From Cyanophora paradoxa CCMP329 (taxonomy: Eukaryota; Plantae; Glaucophyta): 64,000 bases of DNA. The position numbers and the translations under genes are program-made. The stretch's first letter is position 1; every line of letters starts with the position of its first letter. Location of the stretch: the NCBI GenBank assembly GCA_004431415.1, contig QPMI01000453.1, positions 62,001 to 126,000 of the forward strand, read 5' to 3'. Below the pieces are notes generated by a model that had not been told where the DNA came from, did no database searches, and was given only the letters and a program-made list of their open reading frames with translations. This document shows, piece after piece, positions 11,745 through 23,564 of the stretch.

Positions 11745-14700
11745 TCAATCGTCGTCGTCGCGGGCCGTGTTCGCGTCTGCGCTCGCGCGCCGCTCCTGCG
11801 GAGGCGGCGGCAGCAGCGTTCAGACAAAAAAAGGGTACAATATGTATGGCACAGCGAACCTGGTGCTGGTTCGCCCACCTCCAGCGCTCGACGTTCTCTT
11901 TGATGTTGGAGAGGAGGATGTCCATTGCGTTGGGCGCGATCTCCGCGACGGCCTCGTAGAGGGGCTGGACTATGTTGCCCAGGAAGAAGATCTAGAGGAG
12001 AGGAGCATAAAAAACTAAGAGGAGAAGAACATTAGAGAAGGGGAGAAGTGAGTACCTGGCGGCCCGAGGAGCCCATGTCGGGGTCATCCGTGGGCGCCAT
12101 GCCGGGGGAGACCTCGAGCCCCAGCTCCTGCTCGAGGTGCCCTTGCTCGAAGAACTCCTGCTGGATCGCTGCCGCCCAGTGCTGGCTGTTCTCGAAGGTG
12201 CGCGCCCCGTTCGCAAGGTCCGCGCACTTCAGGAGCATCGCGGCAAACAGCGTCTGAAGAGAACGAAAGGAAGTGAGACGCGGAACGGAGCAGGACTCCA
12301 AGAAAGAAAGAGAAGGAAAGCCGACCTTGTCGTCCAGGTGCGCGAGGCGCGCGCCCGGCGGTGAGGCCGCGCCGTAGAGCGGCCGCGCGGGCACGAGCGC
12401 CCCCGGCTGGACCGGGGTCAGGAACCGCGCCTTGAACGCGGCCATGTACTCCCCGTGGAGCATCATGTCCGTCGCTGAGGCAGAAGCGTAAGCTTGGACA
12501 AGACAGAAAGATAGATAGATTCTCGTTCAAAACTTCGGATCGGATCACCTAGAATGACGTCGATGACGAACTGCGTGAAGCGCTGCCGCTCCTCGGGGTT
12601 GAGCCCCGAGCAGATGTCGAGGTCGGTGCGCTCGAGGAGCACGAGGAAGCGGCTCGAGTGGTGCCGCTCCAGCGGGCTGCTGTTGCTGTACAGGAGCGCC
12701 ATCGGCGCTTTCGACTTGATGAGGAAGAGGTTCGTCAGCGCCGGGTGCTCCAGGTCTGGCGCGCTCAGATCAGATCAGAAGGCTCAGATCAGATCAGAAG
12801 GCTCAGATCAGACCGTGGGCGAGGGCCGCGATCATCAGAGCGAAAGTATCGATGTCGTCGAAGACGGGGAGCGCGGCGCGGCCGCCGGGGAGGGCCCCCG
12901 GCGCCATGTCGGCCCCCGGCGGGCCCTCGAGCGCCAAGGCCTGCCTCGGGGCCGGCCGCAGGCGCGAGATCATGTAGAACATCGCGTGCTGCGCCGAAAC
13001 AAGGTTGATTAAGTTTACGCTCAAGGGAATCAAGGATAAAAAGACTTCAAACAAAGCTATGCTAGCGAGCGCACCGAGACGTCCATTGCGTGGACCTGGT
13101 TGTGGAAGGGGTTCTTCTCGCGGTACGAGGCGAGCGCCGCCGTAATGAAGCCGTGCAGCTCCTGCGCCCGAACCTGCGCATGCGCCGAAACCAACGAAGT
13201 CAGAGGGGCGAAGACGAAGGGAAAGACTCGTCGGGGCGCGGTCCTGGCTATGGCTACGAGCTAGCCGGCCTTGGTTTTTGTGCCCTAGCCGGACTACTGC
13301 TGGGCTCAGCTGCTGACCTGGAGGCGGGAGACGACTCCGAGGGCGTCCTTTAAGGTTCTTATATGCTCTTATAGGTTCTTTAGGTTCTAAATATCTATTT
13401 TCTTATAGATTCTTTGGATTCTTCTTGTAGGTTCTGACCTGGAGGCGGGAGACGACTCCGAGGGCGTCGAGCATCTGGTGCATGAGGGCGGGGTAGCTGC
13501 CCGTCGGGAGCTGCCAGACCGCCAGGTCCGGCGAGAAGAGCCGCTCGGGGGTCTGCAGAGAGATCATAAGATAAGATTTAGGTAGGTAGAACGAAATGGA
13601 ATGTAACAAGTAAGCACCACGAAGGACTGCATGACGGCCGAGTTGCCGCGGATGTTGTGCCCCGACTGGCGCCGCATGAAAGGCGACATGGCGCTGCTGT
13701 CGGCGTTGGGCTTGACCCCCACGAGGAAGTACGTGTGCAGCTCGCCCTTGCCCTTCACCTGTACCCGCCCGCGGTCCTCGAACTCGAACTTGTACTTCAG
13801 CTGAGCGGGCGGGCGGGCGTCGGGAGGGGGGTACACTCGCACACAGAGAGAGAGAGATCGCGCAGGGGTGGGGGGTACGGTACCATCTCGTAGAGGTCGG
13901 CGGTGACCTGCGTGCGCCCGGGCACGCCGCTGCTCTCCATGCGGCTCGCCACGTTGACCGCGTCGCCCCTGCGCCGAAAACATTCGATCCGGATCGAATC
14001 CGAGAACATTCGATCCGCTTCGCTTCGTTCGCACCAGAGGTCGTAGAGGTACTTGTTCTTGCCGATGACGCCGGCGATGACCGTGCCGACGTGCATGCCG
14101 ATTCGGATGCGGAACGGCTTCCCGTCGAACGTCTTGAAGCGCGCTATGATCTCGTGCATCTCCAATGCCATTTTCTGTGGGGGGGTAGAGATGCGTCGGA
14201 TCGGGCGACGCGGGGGTACAGATGCGAACGGAAAAGGGCACCGCCATGCGCTCGACGTAGGGCTCGCGCCGCGATGAGTTGCGGTCGGGGGGTACGCCGC
14301 CGGCGCACATGAAGGCGTCGCCCAGCGTCTTGATCTTCTCCAGGCCGTATTTCTCCGCCAGGGAGTCGAACTCGGAGAAGATTTCTGAAGTCGCAGTCAG
14401 CGCCGGGAAGCCGAGCGGAGCGTAGAGCAGCGGCGGAGCGGCGGCGCACGGTTGAGGAGCGTGACCAGCTGCGCGGCGTCCATCGAGCCGGCCAGCGGCG
14501 TGAAGTTGACAATGTCGGTGAACCTGTATTGAGAGATAAGGATAATAATTAGCCAAGATCTTCAAAGGTGCTGGTCGTTTAAATCAATCAATCAATCAAC
14601 GAACATGATGGAGACGTTCTCGACGCGGTCGGCGAGAGCGCCGCGGACGGCGCCGCCGTTCCCGCGCCCCGTGGCGTTCACGATGCTGGAGGGCTTCCAC

Positions 14701-14848
14701 GACTGCTCCGCGTCCTGCATCTCCTTGAGGCGCCTGCGTGCGCCTCAAGTTAGGAGCAGGCGACTACTACTGCTGCTACTGCTAGTAGGATGCGGCTAGG
14801 AGGTTGATGATTCAGAAGATGTGGATAATTCAGTTACGAAGATGCGGT

Positions 14849-14879
<31 letters not shown>

Positions 14880-17800
14880 CCGGGCCGCGTCGCGGAGAGT
14901 TTTCAGAAAGAAATTGTAAGATGTAGAGATGATGTAGTAGCGCCTCTCTCCCCCCCCCTCTCTCTAAGAGAAGCGTCGCCTCTAAGTAGTTGTAGAACGC
15001 AACGCACTCTGCGATGCCGACGGGGAGCATGTTGCGGAGGAGGGCCTCTATCTTAGATATGTAGAGAGCGGTAGAAAGGGGGAGATGTATAGGTATCTAG
15101 GATCCTAGGATACTTTCTTTCAAGGATCCTAGAAGAAGACAACAACAAGGGCTCTCTAACTCTAAGGGGCCTCGAAGACATTGGGGCGCACTCGGCGATG
15201 CCGACGGGGAGCATGTTGCGGAGGAGCGCCTCCGTCTTCTGCCGCTCGTGCTCCAGCTCGGCTTCCATCTCCTTGCGGATCGTCACGTCGCGGATCCTGC
15301 GGGAGGGGCGGGGCGGGGCGGGGCGCGACGGGGCGGGGCGGGGCGGGGTGAGTGAGGAGGCTGAGGGTGCCGGAGAATCGGGGCGGGCAGGGGCGGGGCG
15401 GCGCGGCGCGGCGCACATCCCGATGATGAAGAAGATAGATATGGATAGACAGATAGACAGATAGATAGATAGATAGCGTATAGATAGATAGATAGAAGCT
15501 CATTAGAAGCTCTTAGAAGCTCATTAGAAGCTCTTAGAAGCTCCTTAGAAGCTCGGGCGCACATCCCGATGAAGAAGGTGCTGCCGGCGATGTGCATCTC
15601 GCTGAGGCTGATCTCGACGGGGATCTCGGAGCCGTCGCGGTGGATCCCCACGATGTCCGTCAGCGTCCCGATCACACGCTGCGGCGGGAGGAGGCAGGAC
15701 GCCCCGTCCCGTCAGGCAGGGCGGATGAGGATGGATGAGGAGGAGGAGGAGGAGGAGGAGCGCGGCAAGGCGCCCCGTCCCGTCCCGTTAGGCAGGGCGG
15801 ACGAGGACGAGGATGAGGAGGGGCGTAGGAGGAGTAGGACGAGCGGGGATGGATGGCGGGGGTGGACGAGGACCAGGATGGCATGGGGCAATTTCGATGC
15901 GTCAACATGGCAATTGTTATTATAAAGCGAAGCTTGCTGAGCTTGCTAAAGCTCGCGCACCTCGGAGCCCGTGTTGAGGTAGCGCTGGACGTACCCGTCG
16001 TGCTTGGCCGCGATCTCCGGCGGCATCAGCACGTTCACCTGCCCGCTCGCCCGGATCAAATTCGGATCAAATCAGAGGGGCGGCTCGGATCAAATCGGAT
16101 CGAATCGGATCAAATCATATCAGCGTCGCGAAGGGCGGCTCGGATCAATCGGATCAAATTGGCGGCTCGGATCAAATCGGGCGCACGTTGCGGCCGAGGA
16201 GCTCGTCCTGCTCGTAGCCGAAGAGATCCGTGGCGGAGCGGTTCATGGAGATGACGCGGCACCGCGAGTCCACCAGCACGATTGCTGGTAGGGCAGGAAA
16301 GATTAGATTAGATTAGATCCCATCGAATTCGATTAGATCCAAGCACCGTCAGGGGCTGCGTCCATGATCTGCCGCGTGCGGTACTCCTCCACGGCCGCCT
16401 TCTTGCGCGCCTCCTCGACGCGCGCGTACGCCTCGGAGACGCGCACGCTCATGCGGTTGAACGAGGCCGCCAGCTTCCCCACCTCGTCCTTCGACGTGAT
16501 CCGAACCTCCAAGCTGGAACAATAAGAAGAAGAACGTTAGATTCGGTAGGATGGATAGGATAGGATAGATTAGATAAGCGCACTTCTTCTTCATCCGCTC
16601 GAGGGACGAGGCCGCGCCGCGCCCGGCGAAGGGCCCGGCCTCGCCGCCCTCCTCGTCCTCCTCGCCGTCCTCCTCTGCATCCTCCTGGGCGGGCTGCTTC
16701 GAGGAACGGGAGGAGGAACGGTCGCCTTTGAAGAAATTCTCCACGGTCGACTGCAGCGTCGAGAGGGGCCCCGAGATGGCGCGGCCCATCCAGAGCGCCT
16801 GGGGGCGGGCGGGGGCGGGCGGGCGAGCGCGAATCAGAACCGGCGGTCCGCTACACTGCAGCGTGCTTTGGGTTCGCTCACGAGGAGGGCGGAGATGATG
16901 AAGATGGGGATGGTAGAGAGGAGCGAGACGAGGAGCGTGAACTTGAGCAGGTTGTCGGCTTCCGTGTGGGGCAGGCCCCGCACAAGGAAGGCCGCCGGCT
17001 GCCCGTTCGCGTCCGGGATCACCCGCCCGATGACCGTCATGTACGTCCCGTTGACGGCGAAGCGGGCGACGGCCGAGGAGGCCGCCCCCGCGTCCGTCGC
17101 CCTGTCCAGGAGGGTGTACCCCTCCTGGTTGCTGAGCTCGACCCCCGAGATGGCGGCCTTCCCGGGCTCGGGGCTCCACAGCGACGCGGAGAGCGCGTAG
17201 CGCGACGCCGAGGTGTCGCCCTGCTGCGAGGCCCGCTGGTAGACGGCGACGTACCCCGTCTTGAAGACCTCCATGCTGGGGGCGACCGTGTACGGCTTGT
17301 TGTTGACGACGTCCCCCGAGACGAGGATGGCGACGGGGCCCTTGGACTTGTCCGACGGGTTCGCGTACACGGGCGTCGCCACGAACCTGTCGTCGGCGAA
17401 ACAGTTAGCGAGACGCTTTGCTAATAAGCTATTAGCGAAACGAGGAAGCTTCAAACTATTAAACTATCGTAACCTATGTTAGCGACGACGACGAAACTAT
17501 ATATTGGCCGAACGACGACGCTTGACCGCAGTATCTTATCTTCTCAAAGGAAGGGCGAACGGACGGACGGACCGAACGAGCCAGAGCGTGGTCGTGTCGG
17601 CCGCGAAGAGACCCTCGGCGGCGACGAGCTCGGACCGGGGCACGAGCAGCGTGGCGGACATCTGCTTGTTCGCCTTGATGGACTTGGCGACGAGGCCGCC
17701 CAGGTTGAAGCCCTTCTCGCCCGACCGGTCCTTGTTCGCGTTCACGATGATCGCCAGCGTCTCGTCGTTCTTGACGAGCGTGGCGTACTCCTGCGAGCGG

Positions 17801-19058
17801 AGTAAAGCGCGTCAGGCGAAGCCGCTGAGCGTTGAGCGTTGGGCGTTCGGCGCCGCAGATTGGGGCGTTGTGGCTGGCGGGCGGGCGGGCGGGCGGGCGG
17901 GCGGGCGGGCGGGCGGGCGGGCGGGACGGCGGGAGGGCGGGCGGGCGTACGATGTCTCGGCGGAAGCACTCCTGCTGCAAGAGCCGTCGCGCGGCCTTTC
18001 TGGCGTCCACGGCCGCTTGCTGCGTCGATAGGCCGAGGACGCCTGCCTGGACCACGTCTGCATTCTCGGCTGACGTCTGGAGCCCGAGGGCCATCTCCCC
18101 TATCTTTATGTTGTACACGATCTCGTTGGTCAGGATCTCCGAGGCGGCGCGGGTCTCCAGCTCCTTGACCGAGGACGTGTAGAGCACGGCGACGTGCACG
18201 GATACGAGCGTCGAGATCGTCAGCAGCTGCGGTCCGGTGCGCGCGGGCGCGTGAGCGGGGCGGGGCGGGACGGGGCGGGGCGGGAGGGCGGGAGGGGCGG
18301 CGTGCGCCGCGCCGCGCCGCGCTGCGCGGGCCACACCTCGCAGAGAATGAGCGCGATGATCTGCTTCTTCCGCACCTGCGAACGGCACCGCTCGGCAGGG
18401 CGGAACGCGGCGGCGCGGCGCGGGGACACAGCGCGGGGAGCGGGGAGCGGGGCGCGGGGCGCACGTTCAGGTTGTCGTACCAGATGCCGACGCGCTTGAA
18501 AGGGTTCACGGAGCAGCCGAGGAGGTTGTCCGTCGGCTCCTGCTTCTTGAGAGTGTAGAAGGTGCCCTTCGTCGAGCTGTACTTCGCGGCCGACTTGCGC
18601 GGCATTGCGGGCAGGCGCTTCGGGCCGTCCGTGACGGACGCCTCCAGGAACATCGTCGAGAAACGGCGGCCCGCGGGGCCCCGCCCTTCCGTCGATCCGA
18701 TCGCCGAAGGGGAGCGGACCAGCTGGGGCGCTGCCGTCGGCAGCGGCAGCCGCGGCGGACGCTCGCTCGAGCTGGTTCCCGATGTACCGATGCTGTTCGC
18801 GCGGACCAGTTGGCCATGCCTGTCTCCTGGCCGATGGGGGGCGAGGCTACTGACGCCTCCGACAGCAAGCTCCTTCCGCGATCCACCAGACTTCCACGGC
18901 TTCCCGTTCTCCGCGTCAGATTCTGGTAGAGGGGACGTGTTGGACGGCTTCTTCGGCCTGCGCATGCCCGGATGCTTCCGGGTCGTCGGGGATGATGGCG
19001 CGCTGCTGGTGCGTGAGTCCGCCTGCAAAGCCGGCACAACCCGCCGCTCCCCCGGCAT
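11745..19058 (-). CDS. Membrane receptor adenylyl cyclase-phosphodiesterase fusion: TM-sensor-TM-HAMP-PAS-class III cyclase-class I PDE
   Basis: HAMP ISGPLSTLQ...SKDEVGKLAASFNRM. PAS VNVLMPPEIAAKHDGYVQRY...HRDGSEIPVEISLSE...IRDVT. Cyclase FTDIVNFT, EKIKTLGDAFM, RIGMHVG, YDLW|GDAVNVASRMES, VKGKG. PDE PFHNQVHAMDV, AH|DLEHPALTN, ATDM, KCADLAN, EFFEQG, RQ|IFFL. The exons join in frame at canonical splice sites. The start codon is tentative. Confidence 0.9.
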
Positions 19059-19644
19059 GATGGATGCCTGCTTCACCGGATGGATGCTATGCGCTCAAGC
19101 TGCCTCGCGCATGCTGGCCGAACCGCAACCTTGCAACCCTTCCGCGTTCCAGGCGGGCCGGCCCCCCGGTGCTGGTTTGAGCTCAGGTGCAAGATGTCGA
19201 TCAGTCTAGTTTGTTCTCTCGCTCTCTGCCCTCCGCACCGGCAGCTCGCTACCGGTGCTCGCTGCTTCGCGTCTTCGCAGGCGTTACAGCCAACGGATGA
19301 TACGGGGAGCTCTCTGTAGATGCTTCTGAGCCCAGCCCAGCTGCTGCTGAGCAGTCCAGGCGCCTTGACCGCAGCTGCTGAATTGCAGAGTTGTGGCCCC
19401 GTCGCAGGGGTACGCGCACTAGCACGCAATTCAGAAAGGAGCGCAGCTGCGGATGCTGTAGAAGAGCGAGCCGACAGCAACAGCAACAAGCACATGCGTA
19501 TGCTGTAGAAGAGCAAGCCGACGGCAACAGCAACGGGCGAGGGACCCCGTAGGCGCCTTCGCCAGGTTCAATGCGACCGGAGCCCGTTCCTACAACGACG
19601 ACAAGCACGCAGTCTGAGCACACGGCATACGGTGTTCCGCGGTG

Positions 19645-21917
19645 CTGCAATCATTTGCTTCTTTGACACCGATAAGCAAATCGCGTACCGCGCGGGTGCG
19701 CGCGCACGCGCCCGCCCGATCGGGGCGGCTGCCGCCGCCCCTCCGCCCGACCCGGCGCGACCCAACCCCCGCTTGTTCGCCCGCCCGCCCCCAACCCAGG
19801 ATGGCACTTTTCGCTGATCGACAACGTTTTCCTGGGAATCTACTGCTTCGAGACGGGCCTCAAGCTTTTTGTATGGCGCTGGAACTTCTTCAAGGCGCGC
19901 CGCTCAGCTTACAATTGCCATTTCCCAGCATTATAACACACCTTAGCTAAGCTTGGCTTTCGTTATGTTGAACAGGTCGGCTGGAACGTCTTCGACCTCC
20001 TCATCGTCCTGTCTTCCTTCACGGACTGGCTCCGCTTCTTCATCATGGGCATGTCCACGTCCTTCAACCCGAAGATCTTCCGACTTCTCCGCGTCCTCCG
20101 CGCGTTAAGAGCCCTTCGAGCCCTGCGGGCGCTACGCGCCATCTCTTTCCTTCAGAAGCTTCAGGTGCGTGGAAAGCGCACCTGCGGAGTAAGAAAAACG
20201 TGCGTACCCCCCTGAATCGCCTCCCCCCCCGCCCATGCAGGTGATCGTAGCGACTGTGCTGGACTCGATCCCGGCCATGGGCAGCGTCACAATGCTTCTG
20301 TTTCTCGTCCTCTGTGCGCCCGCGCCCGCCCTCGTTCGCTTCGGATCGAATCCGAGCAGGGGCTTACGGGGGGGGGATGCGCCTTTCCCGCAGACGTCTT
20401 CGCGGTCATAGGGCGGACCTCGTACGGCGACCTCATGCCCGAGCGGTGCGCGTACCCCCCGCCAGATACACCCGACACTTACCCGACCGCGTCCTCCCCC
20501 GCTCCACTCCCCTCTCCCGCCCTCCACTCACCTCTACCCAGATTCGGGAGCCTGCCGCTGACGATGATGACTCTGTTCCAGCTCATCACGCTGGACGATT
20601 GGTCCTTGTACTACGAAAAGGTGTGCCGCCGAGATCTATTTTTAGTGCGGAGGGGGGTACCCGAGTCCTTAAACTCGCTGGCTCGCTGACTCCCGCGGGC
20701 CCAGGTGCGCCTCCAGGAGCCCTCCATAATCTTCTTCTTCATCGCATACATTGTCGTCGAGACGTGCGCCCCCCCTCCATCCTTCCCGCCCCTGGGCCCC
20801 TGCCCCCTCCCCCTTCCCCTCTCCCTTCCCTAGGCGACGGCTCGGCTTCAACTCCTTCCGCCCTTTCCTCCCACCCCTTTCGGCCATGCGCTCTCCCTAG
20901 CCCCGGCACCCACTCCCCGCCCTCCCCGCCCGGCGCCCTCCGTGCGCTGACGGTACCCCTCCCCTTCTTCCCCCCCCCCCACTTCGTGCGCAGCTTCGTG
21001 TTCATCAACCTCTTCATCGCCGTGCTGCTGAACAACCTCGAGGAGACGCAGGCGAGCGGGCCCGCGAACGCTCCCCTCGCCCTCTTTCTAGATCGAATCT
21101 TAGACCTGGAGCGTTCTCCAGGAAAAAGAAGAAGCGATTGCTTTCCTGCCCTGCTAACGCTCTCCTTCCTTCCGCGGCAGGCGCGGGCCGCCAAGGCGCG
21201 GCTTCGCGCCAAGATGGCCCGCCGCAACCGCCACCACTTCGAGGGCGACGGCGGCGAGGAGGACTACGGGGGTCCCGAGGACGGGGAGGGCGCCGGGGCG
21301 CTGGGGGCGGACGGGAAGGGCGGGGAGGAGGCGCCGCAGCGGTGCGTGCGGCCCGCGCGTCTGATTCGATCTGATCTGAGCTGACGTCGTCTCGTCCGAG
21401 CAGGACCGTGGCGGACTACTACGGGCAGCATGGGCACACCCTCACGCAGCGGTGCGCTCGGCTCCGAGCCCCCCGCTCACCTGAGCCGAGCCCGCCCGAG
21501 CTCGGCCCACCTGGGTCTGAGTCTGAGCCCCGCGCAGGCAGGAGGCGCTCCTCACGTACTACTTCCAGCTCGTCGCCGCCCTCGAGAACAACGTACCCGC
21601 CTTTGCCCCCGGATCTGATCTGATCCGATCCGATCCGATCCGATCTGATCCGACCCGCCGCGCAGAGCTTCCAGTACGGTTCCCAGCAGCAGCTCATCGA
21701 CCGGCTCGTGGACGTCGTTATCGAGCGGGAGGGGGGGGAGGGCGACGGGGACGGGGACTGGGGCGGGGGCGGAGGCGGGGCCGGGGGCGGCCCCGCCTCG
21801 ACCGTCTTCCTCTCCGTTGCGGCCGCGGCCGCGCCCACGCCGACGAACGGACCGGAGGCAGACCTAGAGACGGAGTCGGACGCAGGCGGCGGCGCCGGCG
21901 CCGGCTCTGGCGCCTAG
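19645..21917 (+). CDS. Single-domain voltage-gated Ca2+ channel alpha subunit, CatSper1-like; 5' end unresolved
   Basis: S2 IDNVFLGIYCFETGLKL. FFK|VGWNVFDLLIV. S4 FRLLRVLRALRALRALRALR. Pore TLFQLITLDDWS (20570-20605). S6 FVFINLFIAVLLNNL. Stop at 21915-21917. No ATG or first half of S1 could be found. Confidence 0.85.
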
Positions 21918-22392
21918 GCCTGGCAGACCTGGCCTGGCCTGGCCCATCACCGCCCCTGCCGAGTTACGAAATCAGCATCTAGGTATATCGATATGAATTC
22001 AAAGAGCCATGCGAAAGTAAACAAGAGTATTGTGAGGGGGCCGTACACAAGCATAAGATCCGAGAGCAAATCTATGAAATCGCCCTTTAACTACTCAATT
22101 GCGAAAGCAGCTACTACTCAATTGCAGCTACTACCAGAGCCCTAAGGAACTTCGGAATCGACGTCGAATTCGAACTCAAGCTCTCTGAAGTGTCAATTCT
22201 GCACATACATGTACATATCAATGTGTTAATTAATTAAAGTACAACTAAGTATATATAATGCCAGGCGCGTCCATATGTGTCGCAATATTTTATACGACTA
22301 GTCTGCCGCTAGCTGCATATAGAAATGCGTTCGGGACTGCCCTACTATGGACGAATACATATATATGTACGCCAGCTAGTGATCGTTCTGCA

Positions 22393-23564
22393 TCAGGGAG
22401 CGGAGCGGGTAGAAAACGGGCATGTCTCGGAGTGGACAAGGGTACCCAGAGCCTCCGTAACCACAGCCACGAGGGGGGTAAGGCCCTTGGCGCACGCAGC
22501 GTCGAACCCGGCGGCCTCGCAGCGGGCCCGAAGGGGGGTACCGGGGCCCAGGTCCAGCGAGGACCAGAGCACGAGGCGGGCGCGCTGCGTACCGCTCCGC
22601 CGGCCGCGCCCCTCCTCGTCCTGCCGGATCGCCGCCGCGGCCGCCGCCCCGTCCACCGGTCCCATTTCGAAATCTGATCATCCGTGAACGTCAGGACATG
22701 TAAGAAGAATATCGAAGCTCGCAATTGCGCTTCAATGGCATTCAGAAACTGATTCTGCTTACCGAGGACGGCGGCGGCGTAGGGTTCGTGGTCGGAGGCG
22801 CACCGGAAGGCGGCAACAGCGGCGCGGCCGTCCTCGCAGACCTGAGGAGAAATTCGTGAGTTTCGATAATTTAAGAAAGCGAGCCAAATTTTGAAGCTCA
22901 ATTAAAGCTTTGTCTGGTTGAATAAAAAAACCCCACGGACCTCCAGCGTTGCGTTGGGGCACGCGAAACGAAACGCCTTTCGCGCCATCAATCTGTTCAT
23001 CGCCTGTGGAGCGAATTCAGTAAAAGCATATGGAAGCTGACGGCAAGATATAATAAAACACAAAAGGCAAAATCGCACCTCGTCGTCGGCGATTAGAAGG
23101 CGGTGGCTGCAGGTGCAGACCACGCGCGCCTTGCCGGCGACGCCCGAGGGGGTCCGCGCGGGGCTGCGCGGGACCACAAGACCCAGGCCGACGTTGGGGG
23201 ACTCCCGTTCGGATTCGAAGCACTGGTGCGCGGGCTGGAGCAGGAAGACCGCGGGGGCGGAGGAGGGCGCGGCCGGCCGCGGAGAGGTGACGTGCAGGCT
23301 GCTAGCGCTGCCGCAGGTGACCGGCAGGGCTTCGAATTCGAGCCTGCAGCTGACCGGCCGCGGGGAGAGCGGCGGAGAGCTGAGGGGCGAAAGCTGGGGT
23401 GACATGTGGGGAGACATGACAGGTGACTTGGACGGGCCATCCTCGAGGTCTATCACGGCGAAGCACGACGCCGCGCGCTCGACCTCGGCCCAGCTGCAGG
23501 AAATGCCCGAAAGACCTGACAGGCCCATGCGCTGCGCCCGCGCCGTCTCGGCTCCGCGGCACAT
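22393..23564 (-). CDS. Stand-alone response regulator (receiver domain) with a Ser/Pro-rich N-terminus
   Basis: Spliced RLLIADDE|AMNRLMARKAF...|VCEDGRAAV...AAAVL|DFEMGPVDG...LVLWSS...AGFDAACAKGL. The acidic pair, phosphoacceptor Asp, Ser and Lys of CheY-like receivers are all present. Confidence 0.85.
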
